From: Deltaproteobacteria bacterium
GTDB taxonomy: Bacteria > Desulfobacterota > Desulfuromonadia > Geobacterales > Geobacteraceae
Reading direction: 5' to 3'
DNA: 64,000 nt
Assembly (NCBI GenBank): GCA_009668975.1
Contig: SBEG01000013.1
Span: 24,602-88,601 of the forward strand
This document shows, piece by piece, positions 16,995-26,125 of this stretch. Within the stretch, counting starts at the first letter, position 1, and each line of letters begins with the position of its first letter. The notes beneath the pieces were generated by a model. That model did not search any database and was not told the DNA's origin. It saw only the letters and a list, made by a program, of their open reading frames with translations. The position numbers and the translations under genes were made by a program.

Positions 16995-18341
16995 TTACTG
17001 AAACCGATCGGCAAAAATTCCATACTTGATTTCTCCAGGGGTTATATACCCCACGCTTTGCGACCATATCACCGTCGCATGGCCCAGTGAGTCTACTGCA
17101 AGTTCTGGAGCATCCGCGCCCCCTGATGCGTTCTTTAGTTGCCTTTGCGAACCCCAACCCGAACCGGCTGTGAAACGATTTGCATATACTTTGGCATCTC
17201 CGGGATTGACGTCACTCGGGTCATATTGCTGCCATACTGCGAAAGCATTGCCTAAGCCATCCGTAGCAACGCGAGGGGAGCGTGCATTACCGCCGGTGCC
17301 GATTAACTGGGGTGCGCCCCATCCGCTGCCAGCAGCATAGCGACTACCGTAAATGTCATTGCCTGTGCCATTAAATTGGACCCACACCGATCGAAAGCTC
17401 CCACTGCTGTCAACCGTTAGTGCTGGTTCTATAGAGTCCAGCGTATTGCTATCGACGGCCTCTGAACTCCCCCAGCCACTTCCTGCAACATACCTGCATG
17501 AGTAGATGCGAGGATAGTCACTTGAGTCGCTTTGGCCCCAAACCGCCATGGCGTTCCCCGAATTGTCAAACGAAATGTTTGTCCAGGCTGCAGGTCCAAC
17601 ATTAGTGGCAATCTGTTGTGGCGAACTCCAACCTGTATCAGGGGAATAACGATTCACGTACACGTTATTGGGATAAGATTCTCCTTCAAGCCACAACACG
17701 AAAGCATTTCCTGCACTGTCTACAGCAATTTTGGGGTACTGGGCGAACCGATTGTCGGCCCCGAACGTATGAGGGGAATCCCACCCTGATGCTGACATTG
17801 AGTACGAAACAACGATGTTCCTTCTAGATGTCGGATTAAGCCCTTCCCAGGCGATGACCGCATTGCTGCTTGCATCTAGTGCAATATCAAGATTAAAAAC
17901 CATGTTGTTTGGGGGCGTCAGTTGTTGAGGGGTGCTCCACCCTGAACTGACAGTATATCTTGCTGTTTGTACTGTTTGTATGAACTCCCCGAGATCCGTA
18001 TGGACCCACGCTACGATAGCATCTCCTTTTGCATTCACGGCTAAATGAACATCTGACAAAGAAACAGCTAGGCTTTCACTACCCACAATTTTTTGTGGTG
18101 TTTTCCAACCCTGGCCCTGATCAAAAAGAGCTGAGTACAGACCATCTGACTGCCACCAAACCGCAATCGTATTGCCGTTCCCGTCGGAGCCGATTACTGG
18201 AAGTCGGGCATTATCCATAAGGAAAGTTGCATCCTGCCATGTGCCAACGGACGCGGATTGTGACGTATCACCGGTGCAGGACGAAAGCGAGCACAAAAGA
18301 GCCGCTGCCGCTAAGAATACTGTCATCGTTTTCAATTTCAT
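16995..18341 (-). CDS. Lipoprotein with eight ~48-aa repeats (predicted beta-propeller)
   Basis: Start MKLKTMTVFLAAAALLCSLSSC (lipobox) after AGGAG. There are eight GNA-x-AVW-type motifs (for example GNTIAVWWQSDG and GNAFAVWQQYD) and seven GW-x-x-P motifs. Confidence 0.7.
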   Translation of the reverse strand: MKLKTMTVFLAAAALLCSLSSCTGDTSQSASVGTWQDATFLMDNARLPVIGSDGNGNTIAVWWQSDGLYSALFDQGQGWKTPQKIVGSESLAVSLSDVHLAVNAKGDAIVAWVHTDLGEFIQTVQTARYTVSSGWSTPQQLTPPNNMVFNLDIALDASSNAVIAWEGLNPTSRRNIVVSYSMSASGWDSPHTFGADNRFAQYPKIAVDSAGNAFVLWLEGESYPNNVYVNRYSPDTGWSSPQQIATNVGPAAWTNISFDNSGNAMAVWGQSDSSDYPRIYSCRYVAGSGWGSSEAVDSNTLDSIEPALTVDSSGSFRSVWVQFNGTGNDIYGSRYAAGSGWGAPQLIGTGGNARSPRVATDGLGNAFAVWQQYDPSDVNPGDAKVYANRFTAGSGWGSQRQLKNASGGADAPELAVDSLGHATVIWSQSVGYITPGEIKYGIFADRFQ

Positions 18342-18531
18342 AATTCTCCTTTTATGTCCAAAAATACTCAACTCTTCAATACAGATCTTCAAACCCCTCA
18401 TTTCCGCTGCCACAGCCAATAAAGTGACTTACTCTAATTAACTATTTACAAATTAGCTTTTAACCATACTCAAGTCAAGAAATTAGAAATAAATTATAGA
18501 GACCATCTAGTACCTTACCCCCAAAAAAAAA

Positions 18532-18562
18532 GTTGACACATATTCAGTTTTCTATATATTCA
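18532..18562 (+). promoter_or_regulatory. Candidate sigma70 promoter with a direct repeat ATATTCAG x2
   Basis: TTGACA (18532-18537), 16-nt spacer, TATATT (18554-18559). ATATTCAG occurs at 18539 and 18555. Confidence 0.4.
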
Positions 18563-18648
18563 GAACATAATATTTACCTGACCCACAAAAGAAATCAGGA
18601 CCCCAATATCCTGCACAACTTTACCAACGGCTACACCCGGAGGAACAC

Positions 18649-21117
18649 ATGGCAAAATATCTCATCGTAGGCGGCGTTGCCGCCGGCATGTCCGCGGCAA
18701 CGCGACTCAAACGACTTGACGAATCAGCGGAAATCATCGTGTTCGAGCGAGGCGACCACGTCTCCTATGCGAACTGCGGCCTCCCCTACTACATCGGCGA
18801 TGCGATCACCGAGCGGGAAAAGCTGGTGGTGCAGAGCCCCGCAAACTTCAAGGAACTGTTCAATATCGACGTTCGCACCGGCAACGAAGTGCTGGCAATC
18901 AGGCCCAAGGTAAACCAGATCAGGGTCAAGGATCTGGCATCGGGCCGCGAATACGATGAATCCTACGACAAGCTGCTCCTTACGCCCGGTGGATCGCCGG
19001 TGAAACCGACCATTCCCGGTTTCGACCATCCGGCGATCCACACCCTTTGGACCATTCCGGATTCCGACCGGATCCGCGCCCTGGTGGACGATGGCAAGGT
19101 AAAAAACGCCCTGGTGGTGGGGGCCGGTTTCATCGGCCTGGAGATGGCGGAAAACCTCCACGCGCGGGGCATCAATGTTACCGTGGTGGAAATGGCCAAT
19201 CAGGCCATGAATGTCGTTGACTATGAGATCGCGGCCATGGTCCACCGGGAAGTTGCCATGCAGAAGGTCGCACTGTTGCTGGAAGACGGCGTTGCGGCGT
19301 TCGATCAGGGGGAGAACGGCAGCGTGATCGCCCGCCTGACCAGCGGCAAATCCGTTGAGGCCGACCTAGTGCTGCTTTCCATCGGCGTAAAACCGAACAC
19401 CGCCTTCATCGCCGACTCCGGGATCGAGCTCGGCGCTCGCAGACATATCATTGTCGATGACCATCTCAGGACCAGCGACGAGCATATCTATGCCGCCGGT
19501 GACGTCATTGAGGTGCTGCATCCCCTGACCAAGCAGAAAACCGCGATTCCGCTGGCGGGACCGGCCAACAAGCAGGGCCGGATCGTGGCAGGCAACATGC
19601 TCGGCAAACAGACCCGCAGTTACAACGGCACCATGGGCACCGCCATTGCCAAGGTCTTCGATCTCACCGTCGGCATGACCGGCCTCTCGGAAAAACTCTG
19701 CAAGGCCAAAGAGATCCCCTGCGAGACGCTGATCATCCACCCAAACGACAGTGCCGGTTACTATCCCGGCGCCATGAAGATGTGTCTCAAGCTGGTCTTC
19801 TCACCGGAAAACCGCCGGGTGCTGGGCGCCCAGGCCAGCGGCTACAACGGCGTGGACAAGCGCATCGATGTCATTGCCACGGCGATCATGGGCGAGATGA
19901 CCGTTGACGATCTGGCCGAAATAGAACACGCCTATGCACCGCCCTACTCTTCAGCCAAGGACCCGGTAAACATGGCCGGCTTCGTGGCCCAGAACATCCT
20001 CGACGGATTGGTCAGGACCATCAGCTGGGAGGAGGTCAACGCCTCTAACAGTTCGGACCTGTTCCTGCTCGATGTGCGAACCCCGGCGGAATTTGCCACC
20101 GGCAGCATGCCCGGCGCAATCAACATCCCGCAGGCAAATCTCCGCGAGCGGCTCGACGAGATCCCCCGCGACAAAAAGGTCATCGTCTTCTGCCGGGTGG
20201 GCCTGATCGCCTACAACGCCTCGCGCGTCCTGGAAGCGAACGGTTTCACCAACCACTACAACCTGTCGGGCGGCTACGAAACCTGGCACATTGCCACGCT
20301 GCCGCAGGTAGCGGCCATCAACCTGGAACAGCTTCACACTACTGACAAGGGGAACGTCATCAATATGCAGACAGCAAAAGAAAAGTTATCAAGAGTCGTT
20401 GAAGTAAATGCCTGCGGCCTTCAGTGCCCTGGGCCGGTCATGCGGCTCAAGCAGGAGATGGACGCCCTCGAGCATGGCGAAGCGATCTCGATTACGGCCA
20501 GCGATCCCGGGTTTTACGCCGATGCCCCGTCCTGGGCACGGGCAACCGGCAACTTCGTGCGCGATATCAGCGTGCAAAAAGGCATTGTTACCGCGGTGAT
20601 CGAAAAGAACAGCAACGTCGTCCCGGCCACTGCTCTCGCGAAGGGCAACGACAAGACCATCATCGTCTTCTCCGGCGACCTGGACAAAACCATCGCCAGT
20701 TTCATCATCGCCAACGGCGCGCTGTCCATGGGCCGCAAGGTGACGATGTTCTTCACCTTCTGGGGCCTGAATGCCCTGCGCAAACCGGAAAAAGTCGGCG
20801 GCCTGCGCAAGAACCTGATCGAAATGGCCTTCGGCTGGATGATGCCGCGCGGCAGTGACAAGCTCGCTCTGTCGAAGATGAACATGGGCGGAATCGGCGG
20901 GAAGCTGATCCGCGGTATCATGAAGAACAAGAACGTACCGGCACTGGAAGATATGATGGCCATGGCAATCAAGGGCGGCGCGAACATCGTCGCCTGCCAG
21001 ATGTCCATGGACCTGATGGGAATTCGCAAGGAAGAGTTGATCGACGGCGTGCAGTTCGGCGGGGTTGCGGCCTACCTGGAGGCTTCGGAGAGTTCGGATA
21101 ATAATCTGTTTATCTAA
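18649..21117 (+). CDS. CoA-disulfide/persulfide reductase fused to rhodanese, TusA/SirA and DsrE-like domains
   Basis: 822 aa. FAD fold GGVAAGMSAA and redox Cys SYANCGLPYY. Rhodanese Cys loop FCRVGLIA. TusA motif LQCPGPVM. DsrE-like C-terminus KTIIVFSGDLDK...FFTFWG. Confidence 0.85.
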   Translation: MAKYLIVGGVAAGMSAATRLKRLDESAEIIVFERGDHVSYANCGLPYYIGDAITEREKLVVQSPANFKELFNIDVRTGNEVLAIRPKVNQIRVKDLASGREYDESYDKLLLTPGGSPVKPTIPGFDHPAIHTLWTIPDSDRIRALVDDGKVKNALVVGAGFIGLEMAENLHARGINVTVVEMANQAMNVVDYEIAAMVHREVAMQKVALLLEDGVAAFDQGENGSVIARLTSGKSVEADLVLLSIGVKPNTAFIADSGIELGARRHIIVDDHLRTSDEHIYAAGDVIEVLHPLTKQKTAIPLAGPANKQGRIVAGNMLGKQTRSYNGTMGTAIAKVFDLTVGMTGLSEKLCKAKEIPCETLIIHPNDSAGYYPGAMKMCLKLVFSPENRRVLGAQASGYNGVDKRIDVIATAIMGEMTVDDLAEIEHAYAPPYSSAKDPVNMAGFVAQNILDGLVRTISWEEVNASNSSDLFLLDVRTPAEFATGSMPGAINIPQANLRERLDEIPRDKKVIVFCRVGLIAYNASRVLEANGFTNHYNLSGGYETWHIATLPQVAAINLEQLHTTDKGNVINMQTAKEKLSRVVEVNACGLQCPGPVMRLKQEMDALEHGEAISITASDPGFYADAPSWARATGNFVRDISVQKGIVTAVIEKNSNVVPATALAKGNDKTIIVFSGDLDKTIASFIIANGALSMGRKVTMFFTFWGLNALRKPEKVGGLRKNLIEMAFGWMMPRGSDKLALSKMNMGGIGGKLIRGIMKNKNVPALEDMMAMAIKGGANIVACQMSMDLMGIRKEELIDGVQFGGVAAYLEASESSDNNLFI

Positions 21118-21279
21118 TCAGAAGTTCGCACTTCTCGGCATTATTCCAATCCAATATCAAGGCCCTCTCAGCGTTGGATCGTCTTCGGCTACTCAACGTA
21201 CTCTTCAGTACGCCTCGCAGCCTCAATCCTCGCCGCCTTGAGATCATCCTTGATCTGGAATTGGCATTACACGTAAAGC

Positions 21280-21312
21280 AGACCTGCCAGGTTTTGAAAA
21301 CCTGGCAGGTCT
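21280..21312. repeat. PAL-1 palindrome, copy 4 (central G)
   Basis: Lies between the convergent CoADR-fusion and yihY genes. Confidence 0.95.
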
Positions 21313-21314
21313 TG

Positions 21315-22658
21315 TCATTTGTCATTTCGACCTAATTCATATCTCTCGACGAGGTCCTTGAGAGAAAGATCTGCAAAGGCCTCCTCCGTCAACCGGTCCA
21401 GCTTCAGGATCAGTTCCCGGGTCATTTCCCCCAGCTGATCGGATTCGGCAAAGGGAATCTCTCCGCCCTGGTGCTTGAGATCACGAATCAGGGTACTGAC
21501 CCGGATATGCTCCAGATCACGGGCCGGATAGTAGGTGCCCTTCCCCTCGGCAATCAGCAGATAGCCCGACGCCACCAGCTTGGCAAGCAGCTTGCGCGCG
21601 GTACGCAGCGGCACATCGCGTTCATCGGCCAGTCTTTCCAGCGTCCAGGCACGCTCCTCCCGGTAAAAGGACCCGGCCACCGTAAGCAGGATCACCAGCG
21701 CCATTGCTTCCCGGGTAGCATAACTCAGATTACCCGGTTCGTGGTCGTGCAGAAATGCTTTCCTGCTCTGGTGAGCGACAACAACCTCCACGCCGAACAG
21801 CACGATTACCCAACTCGTAAAGATCCAGGCCATAAAAACCGGCAGCGCCGCAAGGGTGCCGTAGATGGCATTGTACTTGGCAACCCCGACCTGAAAATGT
21901 ATGAATCCCCACTGGGCCAGCTGCCAGATGGTTCCGGCCAGAATGCCGCCGAACAAGGCTGATTTGAGTCGCACCTTGGTATTCGGCATAAAAACATACA
22001 GGCTGAAAAACGCTATCCAGACAATCAGGTACGGCACCACCTGAAAAAACAAGATCAGCAGGTCACCGACATAGGATCTCTGCAGAATCCAGAGCACGAC
22101 GCTCTGGCTTTGCATACTGGTGGTAATGCTGATCGCTGCCAGCATCAACAGAGGGCCACTCACCACGACACTCAAATAATCGCTGAATCTGCGATACATT
22201 GAGCGATTTTCATCAACCCCCCAGATTTCGTTGAAGGCCTCCTCGATGCTTCCCAGGAGAGAAACAACCGTCACCACGAGAAAGACCAGCCCGATGGCGC
22301 CCACGGACCCCATCTTGGTGTTGTTGATATAGGTGATGATCCTGTCGACCACCTCGCCGGAGCCAACGGTAAACCGCTGGAGAATCAGCGGTTCGAGGGA
22401 GTTCTGTACGCCGAGTCCTTTCAGGACGGCAAAGGCCAGGGCCAGGAGAGGGACGATGGAAAGAATGGTAGTAAAAGAAAGGGCAGAGGCCCGGAGCAAA
22501 GATTTGTGTTCGACAAAATTCCTCACCACCAGCAAGGCTACGTGCAGGCATCTCACGAAAACACGCCGCCGCTTTCCCAGCACGTACGCTTCCGCTTTCT
22601 CTAGCCGGGAAGCAAGATATCCCCAGAAATCTTCATTGCCGTTTCCACTCTGCTGCAT
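21315..22658 (-). CDS. YihY/BrkB-family membrane protein with a C-terminal winged-helix-like domain
   Basis: Contains ALSFTTILSIVPLLALAF... and 6 TM. Start set at ATG 22658 (GGAG upstream) because a terminator hairpin occupies 22694-22721. Confidence 0.75.
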   Translation of the reverse strand: MQQSGNGNEDFWGYLASRLEKAEAYVLGKRRRVFVRCLHVALLVVRNFVEHKSLLRASALSFTTILSIVPLLALAFAVLKGLGVQNSLEPLILQRFTVGSGEVVDRIITYINNTKMGSVGAIGLVFLVVTVVSLLGSIEEAFNEIWGVDENRSMYRRFSDYLSVVVSGPLLMLAAISITTSMQSQSVVLWILQRSYVGDLLILFFQVVPYLIVWIAFFSLYVFMPNTKVRLKSALFGGILAGTIWQLAQWGFIHFQVGVAKYNAIYGTLAALPVFMAWIFTSWVIVLFGVEVVVAHQSRKAFLHDHEPGNLSYATREAMALVILLTVAGSFYREERAWTLERLADERDVPLRTARKLLAKLVASGYLLIAEGKGTYYPARDLEHIRVSTLIRDLKHQGGEIPFAESDQLGEMTRELILKLDRLTEEAFADLSLKDLVERYELGRNDK

Positions 22659-22693
22659 AATACACTCCGACTCCCACCTCGAATTCCGGGCAC

Positions 22694-22721
22694 AAAAAAG
22701 CCCACGCATGGTGGGCTTTTT
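22694..22721 (-). terminator. Rho-independent terminator after ytxH
   Basis: On the minus strand: AAAAAGCCCAC-catgc-GTGGGCTTTTTT. Confidence 0.8.
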
Positions 22722-22732
22722 CATGGTGATCC

Positions 22733-23095
22733 TTACGCTTTATGTTCTTCCTGAAGCCGTTGTTTTTCCTTCTCCATAGCCTCTTTGCCGGCATCGATCG
22801 CGGAACTGATAATGGATTTTTTCTCCATGACCACTTCCTTGCCGCTTTCATAGGTTGCCCTTACCTTTTCCTGGGCATCCTTGGCGTACTCTTTGACCTT
22901 TTCCTGGGTATCCCTTGCATAGTCCTTGATCTTGTCAACGGCATCCTCGGTGAGATCCTTGATCTGTTCGCGCACCTCCCGTCCGGTCTTCGGCGCAAAG
23001 AGCAAAGCAAGTCCGGAACCTATTGCCGCCCCGGCAAGAAACGAAACCACCACTGTCGCCAAACCTGTTCCTTTTTCCTCATCAGACATATCCAT
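22733..23095 (-). CDS. YtxH-domain protein
   Basis: N-terminal TM with GLALLFAPKTGRE, followed by repeated KDxxEKV helices. Confidence 0.75.
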   Translation of the reverse strand: MDMSDEEKGTGLATVVVSFLAGAAIGSGLALLFAPKTGREVREQIKDLTEDAVDKIKDYARDTQEKVKEYAKDAQEKVRATYESGKEVVMEKKSIISSAIDAGKEAMEKEKQRLQEEHKA

Positions 23096-23484
23096 TACCC
23101 CCTTTTGTGTGAGATTCTTTCACGCAGATACTGACCCACGCCTTTAGCCCCGGCGGACAGCAAAGAAATCCGGCCCAGCACATCGGCAACCTGGCCAACT
23201 ACAACATTGATTCTACTGATATTTCTTCCGGTATCACCCACCGCTTCCATGGCCGACTGGATTTCATCAACCCGTGAAGCAACCACTTCGCTGGTAATTT
23301 TCATGTTCGAGATGACCACCTGCAGATTGGAAACGATCGGTTCGACCTCGGAATCGACTCGTTTGATAAGCTCCCGGGCAACAAATAACGTTTTTTTAAC
23401 TTCTTCACAGACAGTAACCAAATAAACAGAAGCAGCAATCAGGGTAATCGTAATAAGCAGTACCAACACAGTCAAAAGATCCAT
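23095..23484 (-). CDS. DUF948-like membrane-anchored protein
   Basis: N-terminal TM followed by a helical region. It overlaps the ytxH start by 1 nt, matching the classic YtxG/YtxH-type pairing. Confidence 0.65.
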   Translation of the reverse strand: MDLLTVLVLLITITLIAASVYLVTVCEEVKKTLFVARELIKRVDSEVEPIVSNLQVVISNMKITSEVVASRVDEIQSAMEAVGDTGRNISRINVVVGQVADVLGRISLLSAGAKGVGQYLRERISHKRG

Positions 23485-23650
23485 AGATTTACTCCTTGGA
23501 GATTATTCCTTTTCCACAGTCTGTTTGTTTTCAGTATAAAGGCAGTCTCACCAAAAGCAAGACCCTTTCCTTGAGCCGGTGCAACGCAGCACGAAAACCT
23601 GGTTTCAGGCTCCCGGCAGGTACTCTAGCGAACAATTCACAATTATCAGG

Positions 23651-24523
23651 TTACCGCTTCATCACCTGTATCATAGCCTCGCCCATCTGCGCAGGACTGG
23701 ACGCCACCACCACGCCGCATTCATGAAGCGTGCGGATTTTGTCCTCAGCCTTGCCCTTGCCGCCGCTGATGATCGCCCCGGCGTGTCCCATCCGTTTTCC
23801 CGGAGGTGCGGTCCGGCCGGCAATAAAGGCCGCCACCGGTTTTTTCATGTTTTCCTTGATCCAGCGGGCCGCCTCCTCTTCCGCGCCGCCACCGATCTCG
23901 CCGATCAGGAATACCCCTTCCGTCTCGGGATCCTCATTGAACAGGCGCAGCGCATCGATAAAGTTCAGACCGATGACGGGATCACCACCGATACCGATGC
24001 AGGTGGACTGGCCGAGACCGATCACCGTAAGCTGCTTGACAGCCTCATAGGTAAGGGTGCCGCTACGGGAAACCACGCCGATCCGGCCTTTTTTGTGAAT
24101 ATCGCCCGGCATGATGCCGACCTTGCACTCACCCGGGGTGATGATGCCGGGACAATTAGGGCCGATCATGACTGTCGAGGTTTCCGCGAGTTTTCTCTTC
24201 ACCAGCACCATATCCCGGACCGGAATGCCTTCGGTAATGCAGACCGCCAGCCCGATACCGGACGCGGCCGCTTCAAGCACGGCATCCGCGGCCCCCGGAG
24301 GCGGAACGAAGATCATCGAAACATCGGCCGCGGTTTCGCGCACCGCATCTTCAACGGTATCGAAGACCGGAATACCTTCAAGCATGGTACCGCCCTTGCC
24401 GGGGGTCACGCCGGCCACGATATTCGTGCCGTAATCGCGGCACTGACGAGTATGGAACAGGCCGGTCCTGCCGGTTATTCCCTGGACTACAATTCTAGAG
24501 TTTTTATTAACAAGAACGGACAT
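23651..24523 (-). CDS. sucD: Succinyl-CoA synthetase alpha subunit
   Basis: [21 protein letters not shown] and phospho-His loop [13 protein letters not shown]. Confidence 0.95.
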   Translation of the reverse strand: MSVLVNKNSRIVVQGITGRTGLFHTRQCRDYGTNIVAGVTPGKGGTMLEGIPVFDTVEDAVRETAADVSMIFVPPPGAADAVLEAAASGIGLAVCITEGIPVRDMVLVKRKLAETSTVMIGPNCPGIITPGECKVGIMPGDIHKKGRIGVVSRSGTLTYEAVKQLTVIGLGQSTCIGIGGDPVIGLNFIDALRLFNEDPETEGVFLIGEIGGGAEEEAARWIKENMKKPVAAFIAGRTAPPGKRMGHAGAIISGGKGKAEDKIRTLHECGVVVASSPAQMGEAMIQVMKR

Positions 24524-24696
24524 GGTTTACTCCGTAAAGTTCAAATTTAAAAAAGATATAAAAATTTTAGGTTTTTGAGCACGCAAACTTGTGTCGCAGT
24601 GAGGCCAACAGTCAAAAATCCGTGGAACGATGCGATTCGAAATAGTTTTTCAACTAAAAACTAATAACTCATAATTCATCATTCATACCTGCATCA

Positions 24697-25866
24697 TCAC
24701 AACTGCATCAACCCCACCATCCCGACAATGCTCTCCACCCCTTCCACCAGATCGTGGGTGAATTTGACATTCAGGGGGGATTCGTCCAGCAGGCGTTTAC
24801 CCTCTTCCACCAGGGTGCCATCCATCCTGACCACGATGGGCAGGGTACAGTCGACTTCGGACGCGGCGGAGATGACACCTTCGGCAATGACATCGCAGCG
24901 CATGATCCCGCCGAAAATATTGACGAAGACGCCTTTGACTTCCGGATCGCCGAGGATGATCTTGAACGCTTCCGCTACCCGCTCCTTGGTGGCTCCGCCT
25001 CCCACGTCGAGGAAGTTGGCCGGCGCTCCGCCGTACTCGGCAAGCATATCCAGAGTGGCCATGGCCAGACCGGCGCCATTGACCATGCAGCCGATATTGC
25101 CCTTCAACTTGATATAGGAGAGGTCGAATTCACCGGCGGTAATCTCCAGCGGGTCGATCTGGGAGTAATCGGTCAGCTCCGGGTATTCGGCATGCCGGAA
25201 CAGGGCATTATCGTCGAAATTTATTTTGGCGTCCATTGCCAGCAGCCAGTCGGCCCCGGTAACCACCAGCGGATTGATTTCCAGAAGCGAGCAGTCCTTG
25301 TCCAGGCAGCAGCGATAGAGATTCATGATCAGAGAAACGCACTCTTCACAAAGACGGCCTTTCAAACCCAGGGAAAGAGCCAGTTTGCGGGCCTGGTAGG
25401 GCCGGAGTCCGATATAGGGATCGATGGTTTCGATGAAGATTTTTTCCGGTGATTGTTCCGCCAGGGCCTCGATCTCCATGCCGCCTTCCGCCGAGGCGAT
25501 CACACAGTAACGGGAGGACTGCCGATCAAGGGTGATGGACAAGTAAAACTCGCGGGCGATTTCAACCGCTTCCTCCACCAGGATGCGGCGCACGATCAGT
25601 CCGTCCGGTCCGGTCTGGGGGGTTACCAGGGTTTTGCCGAAGAGATCTTTCGCCGCATGGAGAGCTTCTTCCTGATTCGAGGTCAGGCGCACGCCACCGG
25701 CCTTACCGCGGCCACCGGCATAGATCTGGGCCTTGACGACGCACTTGCCGCCCAGTTCCCGGGCCGCCCTTTCCACCTGGTCTGCGGTCAGCGCAACCCG
25801 GCCGCGTGGAACAGGGACACCATATGACCGCAAGATATCCTTGGCTTGATATTCGTGAATATTCAT
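24697..25866 (-). CDS. sucC: Succinyl-CoA synthetase beta subunit
   Basis: [12 protein letters not shown]..., an ATP-grasp domain, and a C-terminal ligase-CoA domain. Confidence 0.95.
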   Translation of the reverse strand: MNIHEYQAKDILRSYGVPVPRGRVALTADQVERAARELGGKCVVKAQIYAGGRGKAGGVRLTSNQEEALHAAKDLFGKTLVTPQTGPDGLIVRRILVEEAVEIAREFYLSITLDRQSSRYCVIASAEGGMEIEALAEQSPEKIFIETIDPYIGLRPYQARKLALSLGLKGRLCEECVSLIMNLYRCCLDKDCSLLEINPLVVTGADWLLAMDAKINFDDNALFRHAEYPELTDYSQIDPLEITAGEFDLSYIKLKGNIGCMVNGAGLAMATLDMLAEYGGAPANFLDVGGGATKERVAEAFKIILGDPEVKGVFVNIFGGIMRCDVIAEGVISAASEVDCTLPIVVRMDGTLVEEGKRLLDESPLNVKFTHDLVEGVESIVGMVGLMQL

Positions 25867-25982
25867 GAAAACTCCAGAGATGAATAAATGTCAAATGACC
25901 GCCAGTATAGCGATAAGGGGGGGATAATTCAAGGAAAAGGACATAGTGCACATATCAGCGGACAAATCGCCCTTTACGCACA

Positions 25983-26012
25983 GTATTACTTACGAGGCAA
26001 CTCACTTGTCAA
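25983..26012 (-). promoter_or_regulatory. Candidate sigma70 promoter for sucCD
   Basis: On the minus strand: TTGACA, 18 nt, TAATAC. Confidence 0.3.
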
Positions 26013-26125
26013 CCCGGGTGGAGGAAAGAACATTCGATCCTGCCCTGCTGAATAAAAAAAGAGCGGCGCAGAATTCAGAATAGAATCGGACCTGGCGACC
26101 GGGTTCGCCCGATCCGGTCTCCCGG

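Noticed and set aside
23579-24550. A 323-aa plus-strand ORF, plus similar long antisense ORFs at 38322-39335, 49713-50777, 48651-49316, 60490-61362, 30023-30679 and 12256-12909
   Set aside because: Each is the reverse-frame shadow of a strongly supported minus-strand gene (sucD, dgt, clpB, nifJ, E2 and the APC-USP gene). None has a recognisable domain or an RBS.
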